DNA from: a virus
Lineage: Duplodnaviria > Caudoviricetes
Reading direction: 5' to 3' (one strand)
DNA length: 62,712 nt
Virus record (IMG/VR): IMGVR_UViG_3300047477_000098
Coordinates: 1-62,712 of that record
Below are positions 1 through 10,758 of this stretch, piece after piece. Both the position numbers and the translations under genes were made by a program. Below the pieces are notes generated by a model that ran no database searches, was not told the DNA's origin, and saw only the letters and a program-made list of their open reading frames with translations. Each line of letters begins with the position of its first letter. The first letter of the stretch is position 1.

Positions 1-2
1 CG

Positions 3-680
3 TTTACATTTTCTGATAAGATATTCCTATTAGATCATCACGACTCTGCTGTTGGATTTCATAACCCTGAGAAGAATAGAATTGTCGTTCCTGGGGAATC
101 TGCAGCCAGACTTGTAAAAAAGTTCTTTGAGAATCTCCATGATTTAGATATGAGTTATTTAGATGTTTTTTGTTCCGCTGTGAACGATTATGATATGTGG
201 ATAAACAGTATTCCGGAGGGTTGGATGCTAAATGAACTTTACTTCAAACTCTGGGATGAAAAGTTTAGAAACAGATTCAAATCAGGTAACATGATTCTCA
301 CAGACGAAGAAAAATCTTATATCAAGGAACGAAGAATGGCTCTTATTGAAAGATATAATAGCCTTACAATATATGATTCAGATATCATAAATGGTTGCTT
401 CTTCTTCTCAACAAACTTTGTTAATGATCTATGCCATAAACTTATTTCTGAAAAGAAGTATGACTTTACAGTGTGCATTAATCCAAAGACCAAGAACTGC
501 TCTGTGAGGACAAGTGACCGAATTGATATGCACATTGGAAATATTCTAAAAGAGATTGACTTAGGTGGTGGACACCCACACGCCGCAGGTTTCATGGTAG
601 AAGAGTATGAAGATGTGGAAGACAGTATTAATAAGATTGAAAAACATCTTAGGGACAACTATCCCCAAATAAGGAAATAA
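3..680 (+). CDS. DHH/DHHA1 family phosphoesterase (5' partial)
   Basis: Frame is open from base 3; LLDHHD motif lies upstream of the annotated ATG; C-terminal GGGHPHAAG DHHA1 motif. Confidence 0.85.
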   Translation, partial: FTFSDKIFLLDHHDSAVGFHNPEKNRIVVPGESAARLVKKFFENLHDLDMSYLDVFCSAVNDYDMWINSIPEGWMLNELYFKLWDEKFRNRFKSGNMILTDEEKSYIKERRMALIERYNSLTIYDSDIINGCFFFSTNFVNDLCHKLISEKKYDFTVCINPKTKNCSVRTSDRIDMHIGNILKEIDLGGGHPHAAGFMVEEYEDVEDSINKIEKHLRDNYPQIRK

Positions 681-682
681 CA

Positions 683-3271
683 TTGTTTACCAACATATAT
701 TATGATGAATATAAAGGAAAGATGCATCTATGGGAACTAAACGAACAAGGTAGAATACAGCACATCGTTGAAGACCATCAGATAGAATATTATGTTGAGG
801 ACGACACAAAACGATCACATACTACAGATATCTATGGTACACCAGTAACAAAGAAAATAGCTTCTTCAAGAAAGTCGTTGAAGGAGTTGAGAAACAGTAA
901 TGTTAAAATGTACGAATCAGATATCTCGGAAGAGGTTAAGTTCTTACATAAGAGATATGCTGATAATGACTTTCGACCAAATGTAAATAATTACAAGGTT
1001 GCCAATATTGATATTGAAATTCAATCTGGTAATGAGTTCCCTGAACCAGATGATGCTAAGTATCCTGTCAATCTAATCACCATTGATCTGATACGACAAG
1101 ATAAGTTCATAACACTTGGCTTGGAACCTTATACTGGTGATATGAATACTTGGACGAACTTCGAGTACATTCATTGTCCAACAGAAGAAATGTTACTTAC
1201 AAGATTCTGTGATATTCTGAAGAAAGAAAAAGTTCAGATCATCACTGGTTGGAATGTTGCAGACTTTGATATTAAGTATATCTGCAATAGAATAGAGAAT
1301 CTAGGTATTGCTGACATGGCATGTATGTCTCCAATAGGAAGAGTTATAAAGAATCGCAAGGGTATGTTTACTATCCCTGGCATCGCAGTATTGTGCTTGA
1401 TGGAACTATATAAAAAGTTCTCATACCAAAATCAATCATCTTACTCTCTTAACTATATCGGATTGCAAGAAGTCGGTGAAGGTAAGTTAGATTTTGAAGG
1501 TCAGATCAATGATCTTTGGGCAAGAGACTGGAACCTTTTCGTAGACTATAACGTACAAGACTGTGTGCTTGTAAGGAAGATAGAGAAGAAGAGGAAGTTC
1601 ATTGACCTTGTAATTAATCTTTGTACACAGACTAGAACCCCTTTTGGTAAAGTATTCTCAACCATCGCAATTGTTGAAGGCTATATGCTCAGATATATGC
1701 ACCGTGAACACATGGTGTTTTCTGATAGTCCTTTCGATAATGATGATGAGGAAGAAACTATTGAAGGTGGATATGTTGAAACTCACCCTGGGTTCTATAA
1801 CTTCCTACTTTCAATTGACGCAACTTCTGAATATCCAACTCTTGTCCGAATGATAAACATATCTCCAGAGACGAAGGTGTGGCATCCATCAGAAAGAGAT
1901 ATTCCGAATCTAATCAAAGCACACACTCCTGGTTTGTACTATAGGAAAGAACAAGGAATTATACCAAAGATTGTGACCGACATCTTTAACTCAAGAAAAG
2001 AGTTTAAGGCGTTGATGGAATTGGCAGCAGAGAATAAAGATAGAGAATTGGAAGAATATTATGATGCTCAACAGCTAGTAAGAAAGATTTTGATTAACTC
2101 CATCTACGGTTGCTTGGCTAATAAGTTCTTCCACTTCTTTGATTTGGATAATGCTGCAGAGATCACTCTTGGTGGCAGAACTGCGATTCAATATATTGCT
2201 AACTGCATAAATGAATACTTCTCAAAATCATTTCCAGAACATGCTGATATGTATTATCCAAACACCAAAATCAAGGTTGGGGATGTTCCAAACAGACTTG
2301 TGAGAGTTATAGATACAGATTCAAATTATATTTGGTTTGAACACGTTTACAAAATGACTAGATCAGAGAATCAATCATTCTTGGATTGGTCACTCGACTT
2401 TGAAGAAAGAATATTCAATCCATTCCTCAACAGATGTATGGACATCTATGCTGAAAGATATAACACAAAGAATCTTCTGTTCTTCAAACGAGAAAAGATT
2501 ATCCTTAAACAATATGTTCAGGCTAAGAAAAAATATGCCACTCTAATCATAGCCAATGAGAAGAAGATTTATAAAGAACCAACTTTAAAGATCACTGGCA
2601 TTGAAATTAATAAATCAGATCTCTGTGCATATAGCAGAAAGAAGATTAAAGTCCTATTGGAAATTATGTTCGAGGGTGATGAGTTCTGCGTTCCTAACAA
2701 AGATAAAATGCAGGAATACATCAGAAAATGCTATAAAGAGTTTAAGAAACAGACCATAGAAGATATATCTGCTCCTAAGGGAGTTAATGATTATGATGGT
2801 TATTACAAGGGCTTGAAGCTAACACTGAATGATGGTACCCTTGTTTATGTCAAAACTGAAAAGTTCTCTTCCGCAAAGAAGGGTGATCCTTTTGGAAAGA
2901 GTGCAACTATCGTAAAGAAAGAACCATTCACAGCTGATATGGAAACTTATATCTCTGGTACTCCTATGCACAATAGAGCTGCCATAGTATATAATTTCAT
3001 TATCAAATCTGAACAACTACCCTACATGGAAATCTTCAACGGCACGAAATTGAAATATGTTTTCGTGGAAAGTAAAAATAAATATAAGACCAATGTAGTT
3101 GGATACATTGGAAATTATCCGAAAGAGTTTAACAAAATATTCAAGATTGATTTCAATGAACAGTTTGAAAAACAATTTAGAGCCATCGCACAGAGAATGT
3201 TCGATACTCTAGACTTCGGAGTTATAACACTAAAAGACAGTAAAATAGTAAGTATAATAGAGGAAGATTAA
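683..3271 (+). CDS. gp43: Family B DNA polymerase, T4 gp43-like
   Basis: ExoI DIE, ExoII GWNVADFD, ExoIII YNVQD, motif A DATSEYP, motif B KILINSIYG, motif C DTDS, KKKY. Confidence 0.97.
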   Translation: MFTNIYYDEYKGKMHLWELNEQGRIQHIVEDHQIEYYVEDDTKRSHTTDIYGTPVTKKIASSRKSLKELRNSNVKMYESDISEEVKFLHKRYADNDFRPNVNNYKVANIDIEIQSGNEFPEPDDAKYPVNLITIDLIRQDKFITLGLEPYTGDMNTWTNFEYIHCPTEEMLLTRFCDILKKEKVQIITGWNVADFDIKYICNRIENLGIADMACMSPIGRVIKNRKGMFTIPGIAVLCLMELYKKFSYQNQSSYSLNYIGLQEVGEGKLDFEGQINDLWARDWNLFVDYNVQDCVLVRKIEKKRKFIDLVINLCTQTRTPFGKVFSTIAIVEGYMLRYMHREHMVFSDSPFDNDDEEETIEGGYVETHPGFYNFLLSIDATSEYPTLVRMINISPETKVWHPSERDIPNLIKAHTPGLYYRKEQGIIPKIVTDIFNSRKEFKALMELAAENKDRELEEYYDAQQLVRKILINSIYGCLANKFFHFFDLDNAAEITLGGRTAIQYIANCINEYFSKSFPEHADMYYPNTKIKVGDVPNRLVRVIDTDSNYIWFEHVYKMTRSENQSFLDWSLDFEERIFNPFLNRCMDIYAERYNTKNLLFFKREKIILKQYVQAKKKYATLIIANEKKIYKEPTLKITGIEINKSDLCAYSRKKIKVLLEIMFEGDEFCVPNKDKMQEYIRKCYKEFKKQTIEDISAPKGVNDYDGYYKGLKLTLNDGTLVYVKTEKFSSAKKGDPFGKSATIVKKEPFTADMETYISGTPMHNRAAIVYNFIIKSEQLPYMEIFNGTKLKYVFVESKNKYKTNVVGYIGNYPKEFNKIFKIDFNEQFEKQFRAIAQRMFDTLDFGVITLKDSKIVSIIEED

Positions 3272-4375
3272 ATGAAAAAAGATAACCTAATTAATAGCAA
3301 AGCAAGTTCCTTGATGGAAAGAATTATGAAGAATAGCACTATCAAAAAGACAGAAACTTTGGTAGATTCAACAATTCTTCAAGAGAAACCACAGATTCCT
3401 ACACACATACCTATGATGAATCTCGCATTGGGTGGAAGACTTAACGGAGGATTAACAGCAGGTATAACTACCATCGCTGGTCCTTCCAGACACTTTAAAA
3501 CATCATTCGCACTTGTTATGGTAGCAGCATATCTTAATTCGGATCCAGAAGCAGTTTGTGTATTCTTGGATAATGAATTTGGTGCTAAGAAAAGCTACTT
3601 TGAACAGTATGGTGTGGACATCAATAGAGTTATCCATATACCTTTTGAGGACGTGGAACAGTTGACGTTTGAAAGTATGAAGCAGTTAAGCGAACTTACG
3701 GAAAAGGATAAAGTTATATTTCTTATTGATTCTGTTGGTAATGCCGCATCAAAGAGGGAACTCGATAATGCTCTTGCCGAGAAGAGCGCATTGGATATGA
3801 CCAGAGCAAAGTCTCTAAAGGCTTACTTTCGAATGGTTACTCCTGTTCTTAACATTAAGGATATACCAATGATTTGCGTGGCGCATACTTATAAAACGAT
3901 GGAGATATATTCTAAGGATGTTGTAGGTTCTGGTGTTGGTATCATTTATGCCTCAAATACTGTATGGATCATAAATAAGAATCAATTGAAAGAGAAGGAG
4001 GATGTTACTGGGTCCAAGTTCATAATTAAGATTGAAAAGTCTCGATATGTCCGAGAGAGGTCACAGTTCCCAATCACAGTGAGATGGAACACAGGCATCG
4101 CCAAGTGGTCTGGTTTCGAGGACCTAGCTCTTGAACTTGGAATTATATATAGCTCAAAGATTTCAAGGTCCGGTGCATACTCTTATGACACTATCTCAGG
4201 TGAGACTATGCAGGTGCTTGCGTCCGAAGTTGATTCTAATGACAAGTTCTGGGAAACAGTCATTAAAGAAACTGATCTACTTGAGAGAATGGAAGCTATG
4301 TATGCCATAGGAAAAGTTCCGATGGATCAAGTCGTTTTTAATGAGGACTTCTCTGAGGAAGAAGCTGCTGTATAA
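3272..4375 (+). CDS. uvsX: RecA-like recombinase UvsX
   Basis: UvsX-type Walker A GPSRHFKT, IDSVGN, DMTRAK, KSRYVRE. Confidence 0.95.
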   Translation: MKKDNLINSKASSLMERIMKNSTIKKTETLVDSTILQEKPQIPTHIPMMNLALGGRLNGGLTAGITTIAGPSRHFKTSFALVMVAAYLNSDPEAVCVFLDNEFGAKKSYFEQYGVDINRVIHIPFEDVEQLTFESMKQLSELTEKDKVIFLIDSVGNAASKRELDNALAEKSALDMTRAKSLKAYFRMVTPVLNIKDIPMICVAHTYKTMEIYSKDVVGSGVGIIYASNTVWIINKNQLKEKEDVTGSKFIIKIEKSRYVRERSQFPITVRWNTGIAKWSGFEDLALELGIIYSSKISRSGAYSYDTISGETMQVLASEVDSNDKFWETVIKETDLLERMEAMYAIGKVPMDQVVFNEDFSEEEAAV

Positions 4376-4383
4376 TTGAGTCT

Positions 4384-4413
4384 GAAGGGAGATGAATATT
4401 CATCTCCCTTTTC
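4384..4413 (+). terminator. Intrinsic terminator
   Basis: Perfect inverted repeat aagggagatgaat/attcatctccctt followed by T residues, just after uvsX. Confidence 0.8.
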
Positions 4414-4430
4414 TTATATAAGGTATAAAG

Positions 4431-5351
4431 ATGCACTGTGTTTATAAAATAACTTTTATTGAAAGAGAAAGACAGAATATCTATCCATGTTACTACATTG
4501 GATCAAAAGGTAATGTGGATGTTCGTGATGGTGTGATGTATAGAGTTGGTAGAAAGAAACCTTATTGGGGAAGCCCGTCAGATAAGTCTTATCCAGAAGC
4601 ACTTAAAGAACCAAAGAAAATGGAAGTACTGAAATACTTTGAAGATTACACTGAATGTTTGTCATATGAACGTGCTGTTCATATTGAAAATGATGTGATA
4701 ATAAATCCAAAATATTTTAATAAGAATTATGCTGTAGAAGGAACATATAGCCATCCAGATTACGGATCATTTAAACATAATGAAACTGGTAAGACTATTA
4801 GACTGCCATTAGATCACGCAATGGTTTTAAATGGAACTTATGTTGGTTCTACTAAAGGTGTTCATCAAACAGAAAAGTGTAAAGAGAAGAAGAAACGATT
4901 TGGTAAAGATAATCATTTTTATGGAAAAGAGCATACTACAGAATCTAAGAAAAAAATTGTTGATGGTCAAAATGAATGGAAAACAAAGAATCCAGAAGCG
5001 TATGCTGAACATATAGAAAATGTTAGGGCTCATATGACCAGAGTCAGTCGAGGAGTTCCAAAATCAGAAGACCATAAGAATAAAATTGGCCGTAAAGGTA
5101 TGGCGATGATTAAGAATATTGAGACTGGTGAAGTTAAAAGATTGTATATGACTTCTGATGAGTATATTAATAGAGATAAGAAACTTTGGAAAACACCTTA
5201 TCAAATTTCATGTGATAATGGTACTGTTCCAAAGGTAAAATGTGATCATTGTGGGAATATGTTCAATAGTGCCATGCACACCAGATGGCATGGAGATAAC
5301 TGTAAGATGAAGCCAAAAGATTCATCCAAGTTAATAGACATAATAGAATAA
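4431..5351 (+). mobile_element. Free-standing GIY-YIG (Seg-like) homing endonuclease with NUMOD3-type repeats
   Basis: N-terminal CVYKITF...YYIGSK, YWGSP, YFNKN; NUMOD3-like NHFYGKEHTTESKKKI and PKSEDHKNKI; C-terminal CDHC...RWHGDNCK; inserted between uvsX and helicase. Confidence 0.85.
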
Positions 5352-5354
5352 CTG

Positions 5355-5383
5355 TTGTTGACGCGAATTTAAAATGTTATAAT
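5355..5383 (+). promoter_or_regulatory. Sigma70-type promoter with extended -10 and conserved spacer
   Basis: TTGTTG-17nt(acgcgaatttaaaatgt)-TATAAT upstream of helicase. Confidence 0.75.
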
Positions 5384-5404
5384 GATTAAGAGTTAAGGGA
5401 GAAT

Positions 5405-6793
5405 ATGAACGAAACTGATAATAAAATACTTTATGAGAAATTACTAATCCAATATATGTTTACAGATGTTGAGGTTAGAGAAAAGTTGTTACCTTATCTT
5501 GACGCCAAGGTATTCTCAAACTTCAATCATTCACAGATAATAAAAGAGATACAGTCCTTTCAGGAGAAGTATAATTCATTTCCAAAGGTAAATGAACTGA
5601 GACTATCAATGTCCAGTGAAGATACTTATGATAAGTTGACTGACATAATGAATATTGATAATTCCGAATATGGAAAGGAATTCATTCTATCAGAGCTTGA
5701 AGAGTTTTATCGGAAGAGCTTAATGCTTAATGTCTTACTTGATGCCAATGAGAATCTCTCTGATGAGAGTTCTGCGTTGTCGGATATGCCAGATAAGATG
5801 CGTGAGGCGCTCTCATTTACGTTCTCCAACGAGATCGGCACGTCATTCGTAGATGATGGTGAGAAGATTTACGATGCTCTTAATTCGAAGGATAGAGTCA
5901 TTTCCACAGGCATTAAGATTCTCGACAAGCACACTGAAGGTGGCTCGCATGAGAAAAGTCTTAATTTAATTATGGGTGGTACCAATATTGGTAAATCTTT
6001 AATTATGTGCGGATTATCAGTAAATTTTTTGCTTCAAAACAAAAATGTGTTATACATTTCCTTAGAGATGTCCGAAGAAAAGATTTCAGAACGAATCTTA
6101 GCGAATATGTTTGACGTGGAAATTGGCCATCTTAAATTGATGGAAAAGAAAGCCTTTATGAAGAAGCATGATGCCATTCGCAATGCTTTGAAATCAAATT
6201 TTGTGGCGATCCAATATCCAGCAAAAACTGTAAATGCTAACAAGATCCGTGCAATTCTAAAAGAACTGAAGATCAAAAAGAACTTCATTCCAGAGGTATT
6301 GGTTGTTGATTATCTTGGGTTGATGTCTACAAATAATAAGACAAAGGATTCCAACTCCTACTCTGAAATGAAAACGATTTCAGAAGAACTTAGAGCAGTT
6401 GCAGTTGAATGTAATCTTGTGTGTTGGTCAGCAGTTCAAACTAACCGTAATGGTATTAAGAGTGTCGAACTTGACTTGACAGATATTGCAGATTCTATTG
6501 GAACGGCAGCAACTGCAGATCTAATCATAGGTGTATCTATTACTGATGAAATGAGAGAAGCTGGAAGATATATTTGGATGCTGTTGAAAAACCGATATGG
6601 TATAAATCAACAAAAGATGCACGTTGGTGTATGCTTTCCAAAGATGCGGATATATGATATAGATGATAACAATGACGCTACACCTGTGAAGAAACCAACA
6701 AATAATTTGGTTGATGATGCTGCAGTAGCTGCAATATCGGCTATAAGAAATAATGGTAGAGTTAAAGTAAATAACATTGCAGGTATAGAATGA
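5405..6793 (+). CDS. gp41: DnaB-like replicative helicase gp41
   Basis: Walker A GGTNIGKS, YISLEM, VVDYLGLM, SAVQTNR, KNRYG. Confidence 0.95.
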   Translation: MNETDNKILYEKLLIQYMFTDVEVREKLLPYLDAKVFSNFNHSQIIKEIQSFQEKYNSFPKVNELRLSMSSEDTYDKLTDIMNIDNSEYGKEFILSELEEFYRKSLMLNVLLDANENLSDESSALSDMPDKMREALSFTFSNEIGTSFVDDGEKIYDALNSKDRVISTGIKILDKHTEGGSHEKSLNLIMGGTNIGKSLIMCGLSVNFLLQNKNVLYISLEMSEEKISERILANMFDVEIGHLKLMEKKAFMKKHDAIRNALKSNFVAIQYPAKTVNANKIRAILKELKIKKNFIPEVLVVDYLGLMSTNNKTKDSNSYSEMKTISEELRAVAVECNLVCWSAVQTNRNGIKSVELDLTDIADSIGTAATADLIIGVSITDEMREAGRYIWMLLKNRYGINQQKMHVGVCFPKMRIYDIDDNNDATPVKKPTNNLVDDAAVAAISAIRNNGRVKVNNIAGIE

Positions 6794-7197
6794 GTGAAGG
6801 GAATACTATTGACTCTTTCATGTTGGATGAAATCCGTCCAAAGAAAGATTGCATGGTTAATAGAGATTTGGAATCAGATATATTCAAAAATCTTTCAAAG
6901 GAAGTCTTTTCTACAGAGATGGAGAAAATGGGTTTCGATCTTATGTTGGTTGCTAATGGTAGACGAAATAAGAATGAACACTTCCATAAGTTTAACATAT
7001 TCATAAAGATGATGAACTCCGAAAAGAAGTTTAGCATCCATGATATGGCACTATACTTGGAAGAAGATTACTTTGATATGAAAACTGTAGCCAACTGTTT
7101 CAATGAAGAGAATCTCTATATCCTTAGAGAGGAAATGACTTTGAAATATAATATCAAACAGAAGAAAACACGACTGACCTTAATCATAGAAGAGTGA
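6790..7197 (+). CDS. Possible late-transcription co-activator gp33-like protein
   Basis: C-terminal half (DMALYLEEDYFDMKTVANCFNEENLYILREE...KKTRL) resembles gp33; T4 order 33-59-32 is conserved. Confidence 0.45.
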   Translation: MSEGNTIDSFMLDEIRPKKDCMVNRDLESDIFKNLSKEVFSTEMEKMGFDLMLVANGRRNKNEHFHKFNIFIKMMNSEKKFSIHDMALYLEEDYFDMKTVANCFNEENLYILREEMTLKYNIKQKKTRLTLIIEE

Positions 7198-7198
7198 T

Positions 7199-7768
7199 AT
7201 GATAACAATAAAACCCCAACATTTCTACCTTTTTCTAAGGAACGTGGATAAAGGTTTGATTGAGAATAAAGAAATTAAACAGTATGTGAGCAATGCAGTG
7301 ATAAAGGTTAAAGGTATACACATGATCAATGGTTGTGATAAACTATTGCAGTTGTATAATAATAATCATTTTTCCATGAAGGAATTTTGCTTACATATAC
7401 TGTATAAGCTACTCATGGAAGGTGGAGGTAGAGAGTTCCTCTATAATCCATCGAAGTGGGATATTGAAAGTATTTCTAAGGTGTCAAACTTATTTTCCGA
7501 AGAACGGAATAGAAAGGATCAGGATTTTATAATTCAGGTCTCTAAAAAAACTGGGTTTGATTCCATACAAAATTACTTTAATATAAATAGTAATGGTGAG
7601 AGCCTTGTGTATGACTTCATGAAAAACCAATACATCTCACCATTATTCATCTTACGCTATAAAAGCGCGTTTAATGTTTCAACTTTCCCAGAGAGTGCAG
7701 AGCATGAAAACGCAAGACGGATAATAGACGTAATCGAGCAAGTAATAAATCTAAAAATAATAAACTAG
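7199..7768 (+). CDS. Possible helicase loader gp59-like protein
   Basis: Size, position immediately upstream of gp32, and NGESLVYDFMKNQYISP segment; mostly synteny. Confidence 0.4.
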   Translation: MITIKPQHFYLFLRNVDKGLIENKEIKQYVSNAVIKVKGIHMINGCDKLLQLYNNNHFSMKEFCLHILYKLLMEGGGREFLYNPSKWDIESISKVSNLFSEERNRKDQDFIIQVSKKTGFDSIQNYFNINSNGESLVYDFMKNQYISPLFILRYKSAFNVSTFPESAEHENARRIIDVIEQVINLKIIN

Positions 7769-7779
7769 GAGCAAGTAAA

Positions 7780-8646
7780 ATGGCACGTAAAATTGATTGG
7801 AACGCAGTAGCTAATGAGATGAAGACTTTTGATAAGAAAGGTGCAGGACATGGCGATAGAGCAGTTGATGTAAATCTATTCCAGCCTAAGCTTAAAGAAG
7901 ATGGAACCTATGATGCAATCATCCGTTTCCTCCCAGCACCTGATATGGATATTCCATATGCTATCGTTTATAACCATGGATATCAGGCACCGTCTGGTAA
8001 GTGGGTTATTGAGAACTGTCCTAAATCCATTAATAAGAAATGTCCAGTATGTGATTCCGCATCCAAGATATGGGCTTCCGGAGATGAAGAGTCTGCTCGT
8101 CGTAGATTCAAGAAGTTCTCCGCATACTCAAACATCCTTGTAGTGCGTGATCCACAGAATCCAGAGAATGAAGGTAAAGTGTTTATCTTCCGTTATGGTA
8201 AGAAGTTGTTTGAAGTCATCCGTAACAAGATGGTTCCGCCTTCTACTCTTGACGAACCGTTGATGGTGTTCGACTATGATGAAGGAGCTAACTTCAAGCT
8301 CAAGATCCGTAGCAAGATTATCAATGATGCAAAGGGTAACAAGAAGCCTGTTCCGAACTATGATTCGTCAGAGTTCACCCAGCAGTCCACACTTGACGAG
8401 GCTCTCATTGAGGAAATCGAATCCCTCTTGATCCCTATCAAGCCTTACATCTCTGAAGACAAGTTCTTGAGCTTCTCCGAGCTTGAGAAGAAAGTTGCCG
8501 CTGGTGACGGCGTTGCAACAGCAGATAATGAGTCTTACACTACACCGGAAGCACCTGTCCAAAAGGCAGCAGCTCCGGCAAAGAAAGCCGCATCTTCTGC
8601 AGCATCTGACGAAGATTTCTTCGCAAGACTCCGTTCCGGAGGATAA
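7780..8646 (+). CDS. gp32: Single-stranded DNA-binding protein gp32
   Basis: AIIRFLPA, ENCP...CPVC, NPENEGKVFIFRYGKK, GANFKLK, NYDSSEF, acidic/aromatic tail DEDFFARL. Confidence 0.97.
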   Translation: MARKIDWNAVANEMKTFDKKGAGHGDRAVDVNLFQPKLKEDGTYDAIIRFLPAPDMDIPYAIVYNHGYQAPSGKWVIENCPKSINKKCPVCDSASKIWASGDEESARRRFKKFSAYSNILVVRDPQNPENEGKVFIFRYGKKLFEVIRNKMVPPSTLDEPLMVFDYDEGANFKLKIRSKIINDAKGNKKPVPNYDSSEFTQQSTLDEALIEEIESLLIPIKPYISEDKFLSFSELEKKVAAGDGVATADNESYTTPEAPVQKAAAPAKKAASSAASDEDFFARLRSGG

Positions 8647-8651
8647 GATAA

Positions 8652-9650
8652 TTGGTTTTCAATAGATTCATATTGGAGACCTATGTTGAGAGAGCCCTGG
8701 GAACTTATGCTTCCAGGGCTTCTTTTCATTCTGGTCATATCATGTGTAGGTGTAAAGTTTGTGGAGATTCTGAAAAGAATCGTACCAAACGGAGAGGATA
8801 CATTCTAAAAAGAAACCCGAAAGGTGATGGGGAATGGATTTACTATTGTCACAATGATGACTGTGATGCTAATAGCGGAATAAGAGTTACTACATGGTTG
8901 AAGAATGAGTTCCCTGCTCTGTATGAAGATTACAGAAAAGAAAACTTCTTAGCCACAAGAAAAGAATATGTTGCTGTAAAAGAAAAACCAATTGTTCAAG
9001 AACCCTACTTGGAAATAAATGACACAAAACATTTTGTTCCAATCTTAACAGGTACAGGTGAACTATTTAAAACTGCTGTTAGATATTGTATGGAAAGAAA
9101 GATTCCAAAAGATATTTGGAGACATTGGTTTGTAGCTACAGGTGGTAGGTATCAAGGCAGAATGGTAATTCCTTTCTTCGATACCAAAGATATGATATAC
9201 TATTATCAGTGCAGAACTTTAATTGGACAAGATCCAAAGTATCTCAATCGCAAGTCTGACAATGGTGAGAAAGAAATATATAACATCTTCCACATAGATA
9301 AGACGAAGCCAGTTATGGTGACTGAAGGACCGATTGATTCTATGTTCTTGGAGAATGCGATCGCCACACTTGGTGTTAAGTTTACAAAGAAAGTCCAATC
9401 AATATTGGACACTTTGGATTGCTACTACATATTAGATAATGATGAAGCTGGCATGAAAGTTGCAAAGAAATTTTTAGATAATGGAATGACAGTCTTTAAC
9501 TGGAAGAAGTTCCTGAGAGATAATAACATTGACTCTCCTATCAAAGATGTAAATGACTTTGTAAAAATCAAGGATATAAATACATTAAGCTTCCAAGACT
9601 TAGAGAAGTATTTCACAAAAAGTAATTATGATAAGGTATGGTTTGTATGA
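8652..9650 (+). CDS. gp61: DNA primase gp61
   Basis: Zn finger RCKVCGDS...YYCHN, TOPRIM EGPIDSMF, LDND, KDVND. Confidence 0.93.
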   Translation: MVFNRFILETYVERALGTYASRASFHSGHIMCRCKVCGDSEKNRTKRRGYILKRNPKGDGEWIYYCHNDDCDANSGIRVTTWLKNEFPALYEDYRKENFLATRKEYVAVKEKPIVQEPYLEINDTKHFVPILTGTGELFKTAVRYCMERKIPKDIWRHWFVATGGRYQGRMVIPFFDTKDMIYYYQCRTLIGQDPKYLNRKSDNGEKEIYNIFHIDKTKPVMVTEGPIDSMFLENAIATLGVKFTKKVQSILDTLDCYYILDNDEAGMKVAKKFLDNGMTVFNWKKFLRDNNIDSPIKDVNDFVKIKDINTLSFQDLEKYFTKSNYDKVWFV

Positions 9651-9660
9651 GGTATATTAA

Positions 9661-10758
9661 ATGGATGGCATAAATCTTGTTTGCAATTTTACAGGTGATT
9701 TTGGACTTGGGGTATACTCAAGAATCATCGCTAAACTGATTAGGAGAAAAAATATACCTCTTAATATAATGAATCTACCTCTTCCTGGTAGAGATGCACC
9801 TATTGATGATTATAAAGATTATATTCCTTTCATGTCCAATTCTCCAAGATACGATACTAATCTATTTGTATTTGGAGCAGATTTGGCTAAGATATTACCA
9901 CATATTGCCAATTACGTCAATCTGAATAACAAGTTCAATGTATATATTCCTTTCTGGGAACTATATGAATTTTCTGACGACTTTATACAATTAAAGGATG
10001 TCATGGATGTTTTCATTGCTCCAACAAACTTTATTAAGTATTCAATGATGAGAGTTATGGATAACACTCATATAGAATATCTACCACCGTTTGTTACCAT
10101 TCCACAACAACTTGGGAAGGTGGAAAAGCATAATAGATTTAGATTTTATTATAATTTTGATATAGGAAGTTCTATTAGTCGAAAGAATCCGAACCCACTA
10201 ATAAAGGTATTTGGAGAGACATTTTATAATGACGAGTCTGTAGAACTTGTATTGAAATTATCAAGACCCGCGTCACCAGATCAAAAACAGGAATTGATGA
10301 CACATGGTAACAATACAAACAATATAACCATCCATGATACATTCTTACCTTACAGTAAAAATATAGACTTGGTTAATTCTACAGATTGCTATGTTTCTAC
10401 ACATAGATCCGAAGGATTAGGAATGGGGATGTATGAAGCAATGCTTCTAAAGAAGCCAGTTATCGCCACTGCATTTGGTGGTAATGTTGATTTCATGGAC
10501 AATAGCTGCTCCATCATGGTTCCTTATACAAAGGTTCCTGTAGAATGTCCATTATATAAAAGTATTTGTAATAAGACAGATACTTGGGCTGAAATCAATC
10601 AGGATGAATTGAAAAAATCTATGATGCTTATTAGATCCAATAACTCCATGAGAAATGTTCTTGGTAAGAATGGATATGATAAAGTAAAAGAAATTGAAAA
10701 GCAATTCTGGAACACAAATGTCTTCGAGAGTATAAGGAAAATTCAGAGTAGAAAATGA
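9661..10758 (+). CDS. Glycosyltransferase (GT4/GT-B)
   Basis: RKNP and HRSEGLGMGMYEAM (ExxGxxxxEA), KPVIAT. Confidence 0.88.
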   Translation: MDGINLVCNFTGDFGLGVYSRIIAKLIRRKNIPLNIMNLPLPGRDAPIDDYKDYIPFMSNSPRYDTNLFVFGADLAKILPHIANYVNLNNKFNVYIPFWELYEFSDDFIQLKDVMDVFIAPTNFIKYSMMRVMDNTHIEYLPPFVTIPQQLGKVEKHNRFRFYYNFDIGSSISRKNPNPLIKVFGETFYNDESVELVLKLSRPASPDQKQELMTHGNNTNNITIHDTFLPYSKNIDLVNSTDCYVSTHRSEGLGMGMYEAMLLKKPVIATAFGGNVDFMDNSCSIMVPYTKVPVECPLYKSICNKTDTWAEINQDELKKSMMLIRSNNSMRNVLGKNGYDKVKEIEKQFWNTNVFESIRKIQSRK

